IMG/VR virus record: IMGVR_UViG_3300048861_000143
Coordinates: 25,078 to 89,077 of that record
Length of the DNA: 64,000 nucleotides
Direction: 5' to 3' (one strand)
Source of the DNA: a virus
Part shown: positions 1-9,265 of the stretch, in pieces
Layout: each line of letters opens with the position of its first letter
Numbering within the stretch: position 1 is the stretch's first letter
The notes under the pieces: generated by a model
Databases searched by the model: none
Told to the model about the DNA's origin: nothing
The model's input: the letters and a program-made list of their open reading frames with translations, nothing else
Program-made: the position numbers and the translations under genes

Positions 1-767
1 GGATTGCCACCGCCTACGCCGGCGAGGAACACGACCATCTTGTTCGGGTCGATCGCGCGAACCGTGTTGTAGACGAGGACATGCTCGCCCGTGATGTCGC
101 CGCCTTGCGGTTCATTCATGCTCCCCATCCAGACGTACGGCGACGGGAAGTGCTGAACGACGCTCCTGATCCAGGCCGCGTACTGGTCTGGATATCCGGG
201 GATCTCGTACTCGAAGAGGGGGCGGTTGTTGACGCTGTCCCAGGGGTGGAACTCGATCAGGCAGACCACGCCTTGCGCAATCAGCGGATTGATGATCGCA
301 TCCCACGAAGACGGGTCATCGTAGGCCCCGCACGGGCAGCGGACGAACGAAATGCCCGGCCACATGCTCAAGAGCTGATCCGCGGAGCCTCCGTTTGAGT
401 ACTCGTTGATGCCAGCGCCGAACCACAAGCGGCCCTGTAGGTCGTAGATCTTGCCGCCAGCGGTCAGAAAGTGACCTGTTGCTGGCTGGGACGCCCCTCC
501 ACCGCTGGAGGCTAGAGGGCTGAGGGTCGTCCCGTTTGCTGGCGACCACGGGGCGGTAGGGCTGCTCTTGCTCCACCAGTAATTGGAGCTGTTCTCCTGC
601 CACACGGCTCCGGAGACGTAGGCTAGTTCGATGACGTTTGCCGTGGTGGTGTCGATGGTGCCGTTGATGGTGACCTGGGCTGAGGGCGAGATCGCCCACA
701 CGTTTCCGCTGGCGTCCGTGATGGTGCCAGTGCCTGGCGTCACCACCGTCCGATCTGGCGATGCCAT
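1..767 (-). CDS. GH5 (clan GH-A) glycoside hydrolase with N-terminal Trp/Thr-rich module; C-terminus runs off the window edge
   Basis: Manual translation from ATG at 767 is open to base 1 (~255 aa): MASPDRTVVTPGTGTITDASGNVWAIS... then HFLTAGGKIYDLQGRLWFGAGINEY, FVRCP, VCLIEFHPW, VWMGSMNEPQ (NEP acid/base motif). Missing from the ORF track because no stop codon lies in the window. Confidence 0.8.
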   Translation of the reverse strand, partial: MASPDRTVVTPGTGTITDASGNVWAISPSAQVTINGTIDTTTANVIELAYVSGAVWQENSSNYWWSKSSPTAPWSPANGTTLSPLASSGGGASQPATGHFLTAGGKIYDLQGRLWFGAGINEYSNGGSADQLLSMWPGISFVRCPCGAYDDPSSWDAIINPLIAQGVVCLIEFHPWDSVNNRPLFEYEIPGYPDQYAAWIRSVVQHFPSPYVWMGSMNEPQGGDITGEHVLVYNTVRAIDPNKMVVFLAGVGGGN

Positions 768-815
768 GGGCGGTAGTTCCGGCTGAAAGGTTATTGGAGG
801 GCCGCGAAGCCAGGA

Positions 816-836
816 TCCCCCGCCTCAGGCGGGGGA
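816..836. terminator. Intergenic hairpin, possible terminator or processing site
   Basis: TCCCCCGCC-TCA-GGCGGGGGA perfect 9-bp stem between the baseplate gene and the GH5 gene; no clear U-tract. Confidence 0.35.
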
Positions 837-840
837 GTTC

Positions 841-1632
841 TCAGGAAAGCTCTGAGACGTTGAGGACGAAATTGACGTCGAGCAGTGGCGCCGCGGTCTG
901 GATCGGTCCGGTCTGGTCAGAGCTCTTGTCAGTCACGGCCACCCAAAGAACCGTCGCGATCGGCCTGACGTCATTCGCAGCCTCTATGATCTGCTCGTCT
1001 CCGATCGAGATGGCTCCGCCAGATTGGCCTACCATGAACTCGAGGGCTCCCGCGCCGTAGCCGCCGATTGCCGGCGCATAAGCGGAGGTCCGGGCGGACC
1101 CATAACCCTGCACGCCGGAGCCGGAGGAGAGGATTGGCCGGTAAGCCGTCACGAATGCCTGGAACGGCAGGTCGTAGCTGCCGTAGCCGCCCGATTTGCC
1201 GTACGCGAGCCCGGTCCATATCGGCTTGCCGGCGCTGCCGTAGCCGCCGGTGTCTGAGGCAAGGGAAGGTTCGAAGATCCCAGGAGCTTGGCCGGTGACG
1301 GTCTCGATAGCGTCGGAGACGGCTTTGCGGGTGCCCATCTCCCGGAAGATCGAAGCCTTGAGGCGCCGGCGGTATGAGTCGTCCCCTTCCCCGGACAGCC
1401 GCGGCAGGCCGGCGCCGAGGAAGTCCATCGCGATCAGGTCAAGGTTGACGTCGGTCGCGGTGCCGATGCGCCGCTGTTTGGCGACGTAGTCCAGGAGAGA
1501 CCACGCCCAGGACCATATGGCTGCGATACCGGAGAGAACGCCGTCCAGGACAGGCGTTTGATCCGGGAACCATCCGACAGGCGTGACCGCCTTCAGGCGT
1601 CGGAGCAGGTCGTCCTGATCGCCGATGGCCAT
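841..1632 (-). CDS. Baseplate wedge protein (P2 gpI / Mu gp48-like)
   Basis: 263 aa directly after baseplate J; LDLIAMDFLG..LPRLSGEGDDSYRRRLKA pattern typical of this family. Confidence 0.7.
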   Translation of the reverse strand: MAIGDQDDLLRRLKAVTPVGWFPDQTPVLDGVLSGIAAIWSWAWSLLDYVAKQRRIGTATDVNLDLIAMDFLGAGLPRLSGEGDDSYRRRLKASIFREMGTRKAVSDAIETVTGQAPGIFEPSLASDTGGYGSAGKPIWTGLAYGKSGGYGSYDLPFQAFVTAYRPILSSGSGVQGYGSARTSAYAPAIGGYGAGALEFMVGQSGGAISIGDEQIIEAANDVRPIATVLWVAVTDKSSDQTGPIQTAAPLLDVNFVLNVSELS

Positions 1633-2798
1633 CAGTTCACCACGACAGACGCGCCAGTCGCCTTCACCACCTGGGTCGGGCCGCCGCCAATGTCAGAGGT
1701 CCCGTTGTTGAGGAGCACATTGCTGACCGTGCTCACGCCGGGAACGCCATAGGCCAGCGCCGACAGGCGGGTATAGGAGAGAGCTTGGCCGATGCCGAGC
1801 CCGTTGATGTAGTTCTGGATCGCGGTGGAGACGAGGCCCTGCAGGGTCGCTTTGCTGTATCCTGCCGCGGCGGAGATCGTCATGTTGACGTTCGCGTAAA
1901 TGACTGCCGGTCCCTGGACGGTGAAGACGCTCCCGATCGGGCGAACCTGGTCAATCGCGGCATACACGGCAGAGATGAGCGTCGAGGACGGGTTTCCGGT
2001 CCCGTCGTCAATCGTCACGGTGAAAAAGCCATTCCGCGCCTGCCCATTCGGCAGAGTGTTCTCGATCGTGGCGTAGCTCAGCCCCTGCTGAACGGAGATA
2101 ATCGCCTCCTCGACTGCCGCGACGGTCGCGCGCGCCCGGGTGGCGATGAAGACCGCAAAGCGCGCCTTCAGCGCGTCATCAGACTCAGCGTCCTTGCCGT
2201 TCCCGAACGCGGCCGTATTGGTCACAAAATCCACGCCAGGGATCGATGTCCCGAGGAGCGAGATCGCCCCCGCCTGGATGTTTCCCGCGGCTGCGGGCAC
2301 GAGGTTCTGGACCGTCAGATCGACGCTCTGCGCTCCGATCGGAAGGAAGTACCCGCCAAGGCCGGTATTCCAGGCGGCGTTGGTCGTATCGGTGACGACG
2401 CCGAACGTCTGAGACCGATCAACAGTGATGACCGTGGTGCCATTCGCGACGGCTGCTACCGATCCATCCCCCGCGAAATAGGGCACGATGAGTGCCGCGT
2501 ATCCGGCCGAAGAACGGGAAAAGGTCACAGTGCCGGTAGACGGCACCGCTGGATCGCGCACCAGCGTGAAGTCGTTGACGAATGAGTCAACGTCAGCGCC
2601 CTGGCTCGTTTTGAGACGTGTGCCCAGGTAGACCTGGACGATCAGGTATTGCAGCCAGAGTGCGACGGATGATGAAGCCTCGATGATCGAGCGCGTCACC
2701 GATCCAACCGCGAGATTGAGGAGTTTGTTGCACGCCTTCTGGCATGCCGCAGAGCCCAGCTGCACGAGCGCCGGGAAATTCAGCAACGAGAGCTGCAC
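1632..2798 (-). CDS. Baseplate J-like protein
   Basis: 388 aa; G..LD/VD..RDPAVPSTGTVTFSR, NGKDAESDDALKARF motifs; synteny. Confidence 0.9.
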   Translation of the reverse strand: MQLSLLNFPALVQLGSAACQKACNKLLNLAVGSVTRSIIEASSSVALWLQYLIVQVYLGTRLKTSQGADVDSFVNDFTLVRDPAVPSTGTVTFSRSSAGYAALIVPYFAGDGSVAAVANGTTVITVDRSQTFGVVTDTTNAAWNTGLGGYFLPIGAQSVDLTVQNLVPAAAGNIQAGAISLLGTSIPGVDFVTNTAAFGNGKDAESDDALKARFAVFIATRARATVAAVEEAIISVQQGLSYATIENTLPNGQARNGFFTVTIDDGTGNPSSTLISAVYAAIDQVRPIGSVFTVQGPAVIYANVNMTISAAAGYSKATLQGLVSTAIQNYINGLGIGQALSYTRLSALAYGVPGVSTVSNVLLNNGTSDIGGGPTQVVKATGASVVVN

Positions 2799-2856
2799 GA
2801 TGGGTCACTCGAATAGAGGGCGAGGACAGATCCTCGCAGGGCTCGCCAGATAGGCT

Positions 2857-3243
2857 TTAGGGCTGAGCGCCTGCAGGGGACACTGTGAACGGGGTCACGC
2901 GGGAAACCTGCTGGGTGGTGGTGTCCACGTACTGGATTGTCTCAAGCACGGTGCCGTCTGGGCGAGCCTGCACCGAGATGATGGGCGCGGGCGAGCGGGC
3001 GACTGAGGCCTCTTGGAACATCTGGGCCCGGGTGACGGCTGCTATGCGGGCCGACGCCATCGGATTGCCCAGGAACCGGGCTAGGCCGGCTCCATAGTCA
3101 GGGGACCAGACGTAGGCGAAAGGGGCGGTGAACAGGCGCCTCAGGACACGCTCCTGGCCAAGCTCGAGGCCGTCGGATGTCTGGATGTCGCCGGTGGCAT
3201 CGACCAGAAGGTCGCTACCCATCGTGTGGGCGATGTCGGGCAT
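2857..3243 (-). CDS. Baseplate wedge subunit (gp25/GPW/Mu gp46-like)
   Basis: 128 aa; RVLRRLFT...YVWSPDYGAGL motif; lies between spike and J. Confidence 0.8.
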   Translation of the reverse strand: MPDIAHTMGSDLLVDATGDIQTSDGLELGQERVLRRLFTAPFAYVWSPDYGAGLARFLGNPMASARIAAVTRAQMFQEASVARSPAPIISVQARPDGTVLETIQYVDTTTQQVSRVTPFTVSPAGAQP

Positions 3244-3245
3244 GC

Positions 3246-3872
3246 TTACTCCGGATCGGGAATGGTCGTGGTGGACGACGTTTCGCCGCCTGATTTGACT
3301 CCGGTGTGGGCATGCGAGTTGAAGTGACCGCGGAAGCGATCCAGGCTTCCATGTCGGTCATAAACGTCGCCGTCACCGATCGTGCCTTTCTCGGCACGGA
3401 TGTCGCCCTGGACGACAAGGTTGCCCTCGATGTTTACGACTGGCGCCTTGATGTAGATCGTGCCATCGGAGCAGAGCCTGAGCACCGCCCCGGCCTTGCT
3501 GACGAAGGTGATCTCGCCCGGCTGGACTGGCGCTCCATTCTGCTGCTGGAACCCGTTTGGCGGCACCGGCGGAGCCGCCTGCGTGCTGTAGGATAGACCG
3601 ATGACGACGGGGTGCTCGCCGTTCCCCATGTCTGGCGCTATGAACGCCTGCATGTTCGGCTCTGGCGGGCATGCGGCGCCCCATCCCGGCCCGACGAAAT
3701 GGCTGAGCACCGGGATCCACCCGGTGGTCACCCCATCCGGCTGGAGCTGCACCTTCACGAGATATCCGCGATCGGAGGTCATGACGCTGGTGACTAGGCC
3801 CCAGCGATTGACGCCGGAAAGGCCGTGAACGCCCTCGGTGACAGAGCGAATGCCGTTGATCAGGCGGTTCAT
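3246..3872 (-). CDS. Baseplate central spike (gpV/gp45-like)
   Basis: 208 aa; OB-fold N-terminus (VKVQLQPDGVTTGWIPVL) and C-terminal HAHTGV iron-binding HxH motif. Confidence 0.85.
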   Translation of the reverse strand: MNRLINGIRSVTEGVHGLSGVNRWGLVTSVMTSDRGYLVKVQLQPDGVTTGWIPVLSHFVGPGWGAACPPEPNMQAFIAPDMGNGEHPVVIGLSYSTQAAPPVPPNGFQQQNGAPVQPGEITFVSKAGAVLRLCSDGTIYIKAPVVNIEGNLVVQGDIRAEKGTIGDGDVYDRHGSLDRFRGHFNSHAHTGVKSGGETSSTTTIPDPE

Positions 3873-4975
3873 GTGGCTAGCACCGTGGTTTGCGCGGAGT
3901 GGTTCTTGCAGCGGACCTCCATGGTGAAGCCCTCTCGCAAAGAGAGGCGCCTTCTCACCCAGTCCACGTAGTAGGGGTTCTCACCCGAGCTATCCCAGGA
4001 CGAGCTGGTGCCCTGGAAGCGAACCATGTTGCGCGCCGAGAGCGTCTGATCGGCGGGGCATCTGAAGGTCAGGATGCGCTCGTTCCTCGTGATGTCTTCA
4101 CGGAGCTTGTTCGCGAGCTCCTGGGCTTGCTGTTCCGTCAGGTTCGGACGGACAACAGAGAACTGCTGAGCCTTGCCGGATTGGATCGAACCGTAGCGGG
4201 CGCCCGTAGGCGCATACTTCGTGATCTCGCGGGCGTGCATGCTGTTCCAAGAGCGAACTGCGACGATGACGTCCTTCGCAACGGTAAGGCTTCGCTCCAG
4301 TGAAATGGAGCTGACGTTGGAGGAGTATGGACGCTCGTTGAAGATCACCACGAAAGGGTCTGAGTCGGGCGGCGTGGACGGGTGAAAGTGGACCGTCGTG
4401 CCGGTGACCCAGATGTCGAACCCCTCATTCTGGGCGAGCGAGCAGAGCAAGTTCCACTCCGTCGTCGTCCGCACGAATTGGTCCATCGAGAGCCGGTCGT
4501 GCTGCGCCTCGTAGTAGCGGCCGACCGGGGTCGTGGTGGGTGTGACGTCCGCCGTGAGGCCCCTCTTGGCGGCGAGCTCCTCGACCACCTGGCTGGCGGT
4601 GCGGTTGAGGTAGGTCTCCTGGGTCTTGTTGTCGATGAAGCGCGCCGTCAGGTCTCGCCCTTCGAGCGAGATGACACCCTTCTCGAGGATGGCGTTGACG
4701 TGGTCGACCTGCCCAAGAATGTGGGACACCCACGTCTGGCCGTCATCAACGCTGCTCTGCAAGTCCAGGAGGATTTCAGTCTGACCGCCCCACCAGGAGA
4801 TACCGAACTCCGGGTCAAGGTATAGCGAAAACTGAGCAGAGAATGTGTCCGACTGATAGTAATTGTTATTCATTACTTCAAATTGGACAAGTGTCGGTAT
4901 CGTCTTGCCCTGCACAACTGCCCTCAGCCGCGGCTTCCTCAGCAGCGGCTGGGCGTTCGGATCGTTGATCGGCAT
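3869..4975 (-). CDS. Baseplate hub / late control D-like protein
   Basis: 368 aa; SLEGRDLTARFID, TEWNLLCSLAQNEGF motifs; synteny. Confidence 0.85.
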   Translation of the reverse strand: MPINDPNAQPLLRKPRLRAVVQGKTIPTLVQFEVMNNNYYQSDTFSAQFSLYLDPEFGISWWGGQTEILLDLQSSVDDGQTWVSHILGQVDHVNAILEKGVISLEGRDLTARFIDNKTQETYLNRTASQVVEELAAKRGLTADVTPTTTPVGRYYEAQHDRLSMDQFVRTTTEWNLLCSLAQNEGFDIWVTGTTVHFHPSTPPDSDPFVVIFNERPYSSNVSSISLERSLTVAKDVIVAVRSWNSMHAREITKYAPTGARYGSIQSGKAQQFSVVRPNLTEQQAQELANKLREDITRNERILTFRCPADQTLSARNMVRFQGTSSSWDSSGENPYYVDWVRRRLSLREGFTMEVRCKNHSAQTTVLAT

Positions 4976-4981
4976 GACGCC

Positions 4982-5176
4982 TCAGAGCTGTGGGATGCCG
5001 CCGGTTTTCACGGGGGATGGGTCGGGGATGACCAGTTCCATGATGCCGCTGATCATTGGATCCGAGAGGCCGTTCGCTTGGGCGATGGTTATCCACTCGG
5101 CTGCGTTCCCGAGATACCGGGCGGCGACATGGAACAGGGTCCGGTCAGCGCCGCTCACCGTGATTGTCTTCGCCAT
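4982..5176 (-). CDS. LysM-like tail protein X
   Basis: MAKTITVSGADRTLFHVAARYLGNAAEWITIAQANGLSDP; start moved to the ATG at 5176. Confidence 0.75.
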   Translation of the reverse strand: MAKTITVSGADRTLFHVAARYLGNAAEWITIAQANGLSDPMISGIMELVIPDPSPVKTGGIPQL

Positions 5177-5177
5177 C

Positions 5178-6011
5178 TCAGCCGGCCCGGCTGATGGTGT
5201 CGGCAGCCCGGCCGGTGTACGCCGCGAGCGCCACCGCACCGCTGGCAACCGCCGTCGCCGCAGCTGCGGTCTGGAGAGCGTTGGCGGCGTCAATGGCCGT
5301 CGCTGCCCCGAGCACGTTGCCGGCGGCCACGGCGGCCGCTGTCAGCCCTCCGATCTGCCCCTCGGCCACGAGGTCCGCTGCGCTGATCACGCCTGTGGCG
5401 GCCCCCAGAGAGGCTGCCACGGCCGCCGTCGCCTTGGTGCCGGCGGTGATCGCCAGGAGAGGCACAAGCAGCCCCTGGGTGGCCGAGATCGCAGCCAGCG
5501 CCGTGGCCAAGGCCGGATCGACCGGGAGGCCGTAGGCCGCCGAGAGATCGCCGGTGACCGCCTCCAGAGGCGAGACATAGGCCGGAATGGTCTGTGAGAG
5601 GTCGGCGACAACCGTGCACGTGATCCGGTACGGCACGTGGGAGATCAGGCGGGTGTCCGCCGCGAACTCCGCGATGACGACCAGGTAGTAGCGGTCCGCG
5701 AAGACGAGCTCCAGCTCGTCCCCGGCCTTGCGCATGAGGTCGACTTGATCTGCCCGGGACGATGCGTCTGGGCCAAGGAATATCCCGCTCCAGCCAACGT
5801 CGGCGTCATCGGGGCCCATCGCGTCAATCTGGCGGAGCCCGCCGATGAGCTTGTGGACCGCGAGGCTCTGCCGGCCGCCCCAGGTGATAACCTCCGGCAC
5901 CTCGAATCCGTCGAACACGAACCCGCCGAGGCTGACCGGCTGAGGCGCGGCAACCGCGTCCAGCGCGGCTGTGCTGGCTGCCGCCAGGGTAGAGGCGAAG
6001 AAGTCGCTCAA
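5178..6011 (-). CDS. Tail tube initiator (P2 GpU-like) with Ala-rich C-terminus
   Basis: 277 aa after tape measure; VSLGGFVF.GFEVPE.ITWGGRQSLAVHKLIGG motif. Confidence 0.7.
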   Translation of the reverse strand: MSDFFASTLAAASTAALDAVAAPQPVSLGGFVFDGFEVPEVITWGGRQSLAVHKLIGGLRQIDAMGPDDADVGWSGIFLGPDASSRADQVDLMRKAGDELELVFADRYYLVVIAEFAADTRLISHVPYRITCTVVADLSQTIPAYVSPLEAVTGDLSAAYGLPVDPALATALAAISATQGLLVPLLAITAGTKATAAVAASLGAATGVISAADLVAEGQIGGLTAAAVAAGNVLGAATAIDAANALQTAAAATAVASGAVALAAYTGRAADTISRAG

Positions 6012-8560
6012 GGGCCTAGTATCCCGTGAAAGGCCGGCGTGAGATCCATCGAGAGGTCGCCGCCCGTGATGCCCGTGGAGGGCCGGTTGAGGCGGTTTGC
6101 TTGGTGCTCGCTTACGCCAGTCGCGATTTCATGGCCGGAGATCTGGTTCTCGACGTGAACCCTCAGGGGGTTGCCCTGAGTTCCGAGATCGCCGCCGGTC
6201 CGCGGGGGCGGAACCCCCGCAGACGTCTGGCCAGGAACCGGAATGCCGCCCGGCGCCGGACCGGACGACGAAGCCCCGCCAAGCCCGGTCAGAGCACTGA
6301 TCAGCTTCCCAGGCAGCGACAGGAGCCACTGCACGAGGTGCTGAATGAGCGTGTGAAGCCCCTCCCCGATGCCGACCCAGGCGTTCAGAAGGTCCGTCTT
6401 GGCGCTGCGCACCAGATCGCCAGCCCAGCCAGCGGCCGCTCCGGCTACCCGGGCCAGCCCTCTGGATACGAGCGACACGAGGTTGTCGAAGCCGCGCGAG
6501 ATGAGCCCCCACCACACGGTCGCGCCTCGGGCTAGGATGGCTCCCCATACTTCCCCGCCGCGCATCAGGATCGCTCCCCAGCGCGCGGCGCCGCGCATCA
6601 GAACCTGTCCCCACGCACTGAAGAACCGGACGAGCAAGTCTTCGAAGATCGGCTCGCCGCGCTTGACAGCGTCGGCCACGCGCGCCGCGCCCCGGAGGAT
6701 CAGAGTGCTCCAGATCCTGGCGCCCCGCAGGATGCCGTCTCCCCAGATCTGGGCGCCCCGCACGATGGCATCGCCCCAGACGATCGCGCCGCGATGGAGA
6801 ATCTCTCCCCAGAGCGGAAGATACTGCGCCAGGAGGTCGCGGGCCCGGTGCGCGCCGCGCCCGAGGATGACGCCCCACTCATGGGCCCCACGCTGCAGGA
6901 CTTGGCGCCAGGCCATCAGGCCCTCCCGGATCTCGCCGCGGGCCAGCAGGCCCTCGATCCGCATCGCGCCCTGCCAACCGCGCAGGTCGGATCCGCCGAC
7001 GCTCGGAAGCGATCCGCTCCAAAGGCCGTACTTGGAACTGAAATACCCAAGCGCGCTGCCCAGGCCGATCAGGATGGTGCTGAAGGCGAGAAGCGTGCCG
7101 CCGCCGGCGATGGCGCCAATGCCCGCGGCAGCGAGCCCGATCGTGCCCAGGACCGTGACCACGGCCGCGAAGCCGGCCGCGGCGGTCAGAAGCCACTTCG
7201 TCGCCACCGGATGGCGCTCGACGACTTCGGAGAGATACCGGAGGCCGGTCGCAAGCTGATAGATCAGCTCAGTCGTCGCCGGGGCGATGGCCTTCCCCAG
7301 GTCCGTCATGAGCCGTTCCCACTGCTCGCTCATAGCCTTCCGGACGAGGTCGGGATCGTTTCTGACCAACTCCCTGTAGGCTGGATCGATCCGCCACGCG
7401 GCCTCGTTGAGGCCACGGTCGCCAGCGATCCGGCTCTGCTGGAACAGCATCATACCGGTGATCTGCTGGGCGGTTCGGTTGGGGAACAGAGCGGCCAAGA
7501 TCGACCGCAACTCGCCCTCGTGTAGGTATTTCCCGTCCTTGTCCTTGTCGAGATAGTTGGTGTGGGCCCGAAGTGACGGCTCGAGATAGTCGTGAACCCA
7601 GGCAAACGGGTTTTCCGAGTCGACGCCGGAGCCTTTGACCGCGCCTGGGCGCAGGGTCACCGTGCCGTGGTCAAACATGACGTCCTTCGGGCTGAGCAGC
7701 CCGAGGCCCTCAAGGGCGCGAACCGTCTTGCGGTTCATCTGTCCGCCAACGACTTCGGCGAACATCGACGCCAGCGGGTTGCCCGCGCCGCCGCCCTGCC
7801 CGGAGCCGCGGCCGGACTTCATCTCCTGCATGAGCGACGGAAGGATCCTGGTCAGGAACTCGAGCGACATGCCCATGCCGGCGCCGCGAAGGTATTTCAC
7901 CGTGCCGAAGAAGTCGGATCCCTGCAGCTTCCCGCCGGAGGCGATGATCGCCTGTGTCCATCCCTCCAGGAGGGCGTCGAACTTCTTGGGGTCCTGAGAC
8001 AGGCCCAGGATTTCAGCGGCCTTCGCCATCTCGAAAGCCTGGCCGGAACCGTCGAAGGTCTTGCCGTCCTTCGACAGCCTCGAAGCCAGAACGCCGGTGA
8101 TCTTCTGGAAGACGCTGAGATGCTCGATTGCCTCCCGCGTCGCGTCCGCCGGATTGGCCTTCCCATCGGCACGGACGTCCGCGCTCGCGAGTGCCATCCG
8201 GAGCTCACTGATGGTCTTCAGGTTCTCTGTCGGCGTCGTGGTGAGGACGTCCGATGAGACCCGGTTCGCGGCGCGGATGGAGGCTTGAATCTCGGCCGCC
8301 TGCATTCCGGCGACCTTCATCTGCTCAAGCTGGTGGATGTACTTCTCGCCGTGCCGCGAGAGGTCAGCCAAACCCTTCAGCATAGAGCCGCCAAGAGCGA
8401 TGCCAGCGACACTGGCGATGGCCAGCTTCAGGCGGCCCATCTTGGCGACCGCTGCGTCGACGGTCTTGTTGAGTTTCAGAACGTCCTTCTGAATAACCGC
8501 CAACGCACCAGACACGCCGTTCGCCAGCGCGATGCTGATGCCGATCTTGTAGACATCCAT
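6008..8560 (-). CDS. Tape measure protein
   Basis: 850 aa, Ala/Gly-rich and helical, hydrophobic segment, 11-residue Trp repeats (WGEILHRGAIV WGDAIVRGAQI WGDGILRGARI). Confidence 0.85.
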   Translation of the reverse strand: MDVYKIGISIALANGVSGALAVIQKDVLKLNKTVDAAVAKMGRLKLAIASVAGIALGGSMLKGLADLSRHGEKYIHQLEQMKVAGMQAAEIQASIRAANRVSSDVLTTTPTENLKTISELRMALASADVRADGKANPADATREAIEHLSVFQKITGVLASRLSKDGKTFDGSGQAFEMAKAAEILGLSQDPKKFDALLEGWTQAIIASGGKLQGSDFFGTVKYLRGAGMGMSLEFLTRILPSLMQEMKSGRGSGQGGGAGNPLASMFAEVVGGQMNRKTVRALEGLGLLSPKDVMFDHGTVTLRPGAVKGSGVDSENPFAWVHDYLEPSLRAHTNYLDKDKDGKYLHEGELRSILAALFPNRTAQQITGMMLFQQSRIAGDRGLNEAAWRIDPAYRELVRNDPDLVRKAMSEQWERLMTDLGKAIAPATTELIYQLATGLRYLSEVVERHPVATKWLLTAAAGFAAVVTVLGTIGLAAAGIGAIAGGGTLLAFSTILIGLGSALGYFSSKYGLWSGSLPSVGGSDLRGWQGAMRIEGLLARGEIREGLMAWRQVLQRGAHEWGVILGRGAHRARDLLAQYLPLWGEILHRGAIVWGDAIVRGAQIWGDGILRGARIWSTLILRGAARVADAVKRGEPIFEDLLVRFFSAWGQVLMRGAARWGAILMRGGEVWGAILARGATVWWGLISRGFDNLVSLVSRGLARVAGAAAGWAGDLVRSAKTDLLNAWVGIGEGLHTLIQHLVQWLLSLPGKLISALTGLGGASSSGPAPGGIPVPGQTSAGVPPPRTGGDLGTQGNPLRVHVENQISGHEIATGVSEHQANRLNRPSTGITGGDLSMDLTPAFHGILGP

Positions 8561-8587
8561 GAAGACGGCTCCGGGCCCGTGGGCCGA

Positions 8588-9094
8588 TCAGGGAATTTTC
8601 GTGTCAGACGAGCTACGCGAGCCTCCGCGCAGTATCTGCACAGTGGTCCAGCCGATCATGTGACCGACTTCGTCCCGCTTGCGGACGGCCGCGCCGCCCA
8701 AGAACGAGCGGGCCGGCATCTTCTCCGTCCCGAGCTCCTGGACGACTGCCACGTCGGAGTCTGAACCGACGTGGGCTTCGTGGCTGGCCGGAATGACCGT
8801 CCTCTCGATGGAGTCGCGCATCTCTCCGGAGCGCTCGAGCGGGTCATAGTCGGGCGGCGTGAAGCCCAACTGACGCTTGCCGGGATGTCCATTGAAGCCG
8901 TTCACGGTAGTGTCGGCCAGAGGCGCCCATGCGGCGAAAGGGCCCGCCGCATCCTGCTTGGTTCCGATCTCAGCCTTCGCTTCCTCCTGGACCATGCGGG
9001 CCGCCCGATCCAGCAGGTGATAGTTCTCTACCTCAGTCGCTATAATCAGCTTGCCGAGATGCGCGGCGAAGCCGGCCAGATTGAAGTCTGCCAC
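8588..9094 (-). CDS. HK97 gp10-like virion morphogenesis protein
   Basis: 168 aa; PLERSGEMRDSI...AHVGSDSDVAVVQELGTEKMPARSFLG motif. Confidence 0.75.
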   Translation of the reverse strand: MADFNLAGFAAHLGKLIIATEVENYHLLDRAARMVQEEAKAEIGTKQDAAGPFAAWAPLADTTVNGFNGHPGKRQLGFTPPDYDPLERSGEMRDSIERTVIPASHEAHVGSDSDVAVVQELGTEKMPARSFLGGAAVRKRDEVGHMIGWTTVQILRGGSRSSSDTKIP

Positions 9095-9265
9095 TCATCG
9101 CTCCTGCCAGCGCATTTCGTTCCAGAGGAAATGATTCCCCTCGAATTGCCCGAAGATGACGACGTAAGCGAACCTCTCTTCCGGAAGGAGAGAGAAGGCG
9201 ACGTCGTAAGGCACCCCGTTCTTCACGAGCCAGAGAGACTCGATCAGCTCGGGGTGCTGCGTCAG
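9095..9265 (-). CDS. -1 frame extension of tail assembly chaperone (gpGT-type)
   Basis: -1 frame after the slippery site reads LTQHPELIESLWLVKNGVPYDVAFSLLPEERFAYVVIFGQFEGNHFLWNEMRWQER* with no own ATG; the stop abuts the next GTG. Confidence 0.7.
   Translation of the reverse strand: MTQHPELIESLWLVKNGVPYDVAFSLLPEERFAYVVIFGQFEGNHFLWNEMRWQER

Noticed and set aside
316-699. ORF-track 127-aa His-rich minus-strand ORF
   Set aside because: It is an out-of-frame shadow of the GH5 gene.
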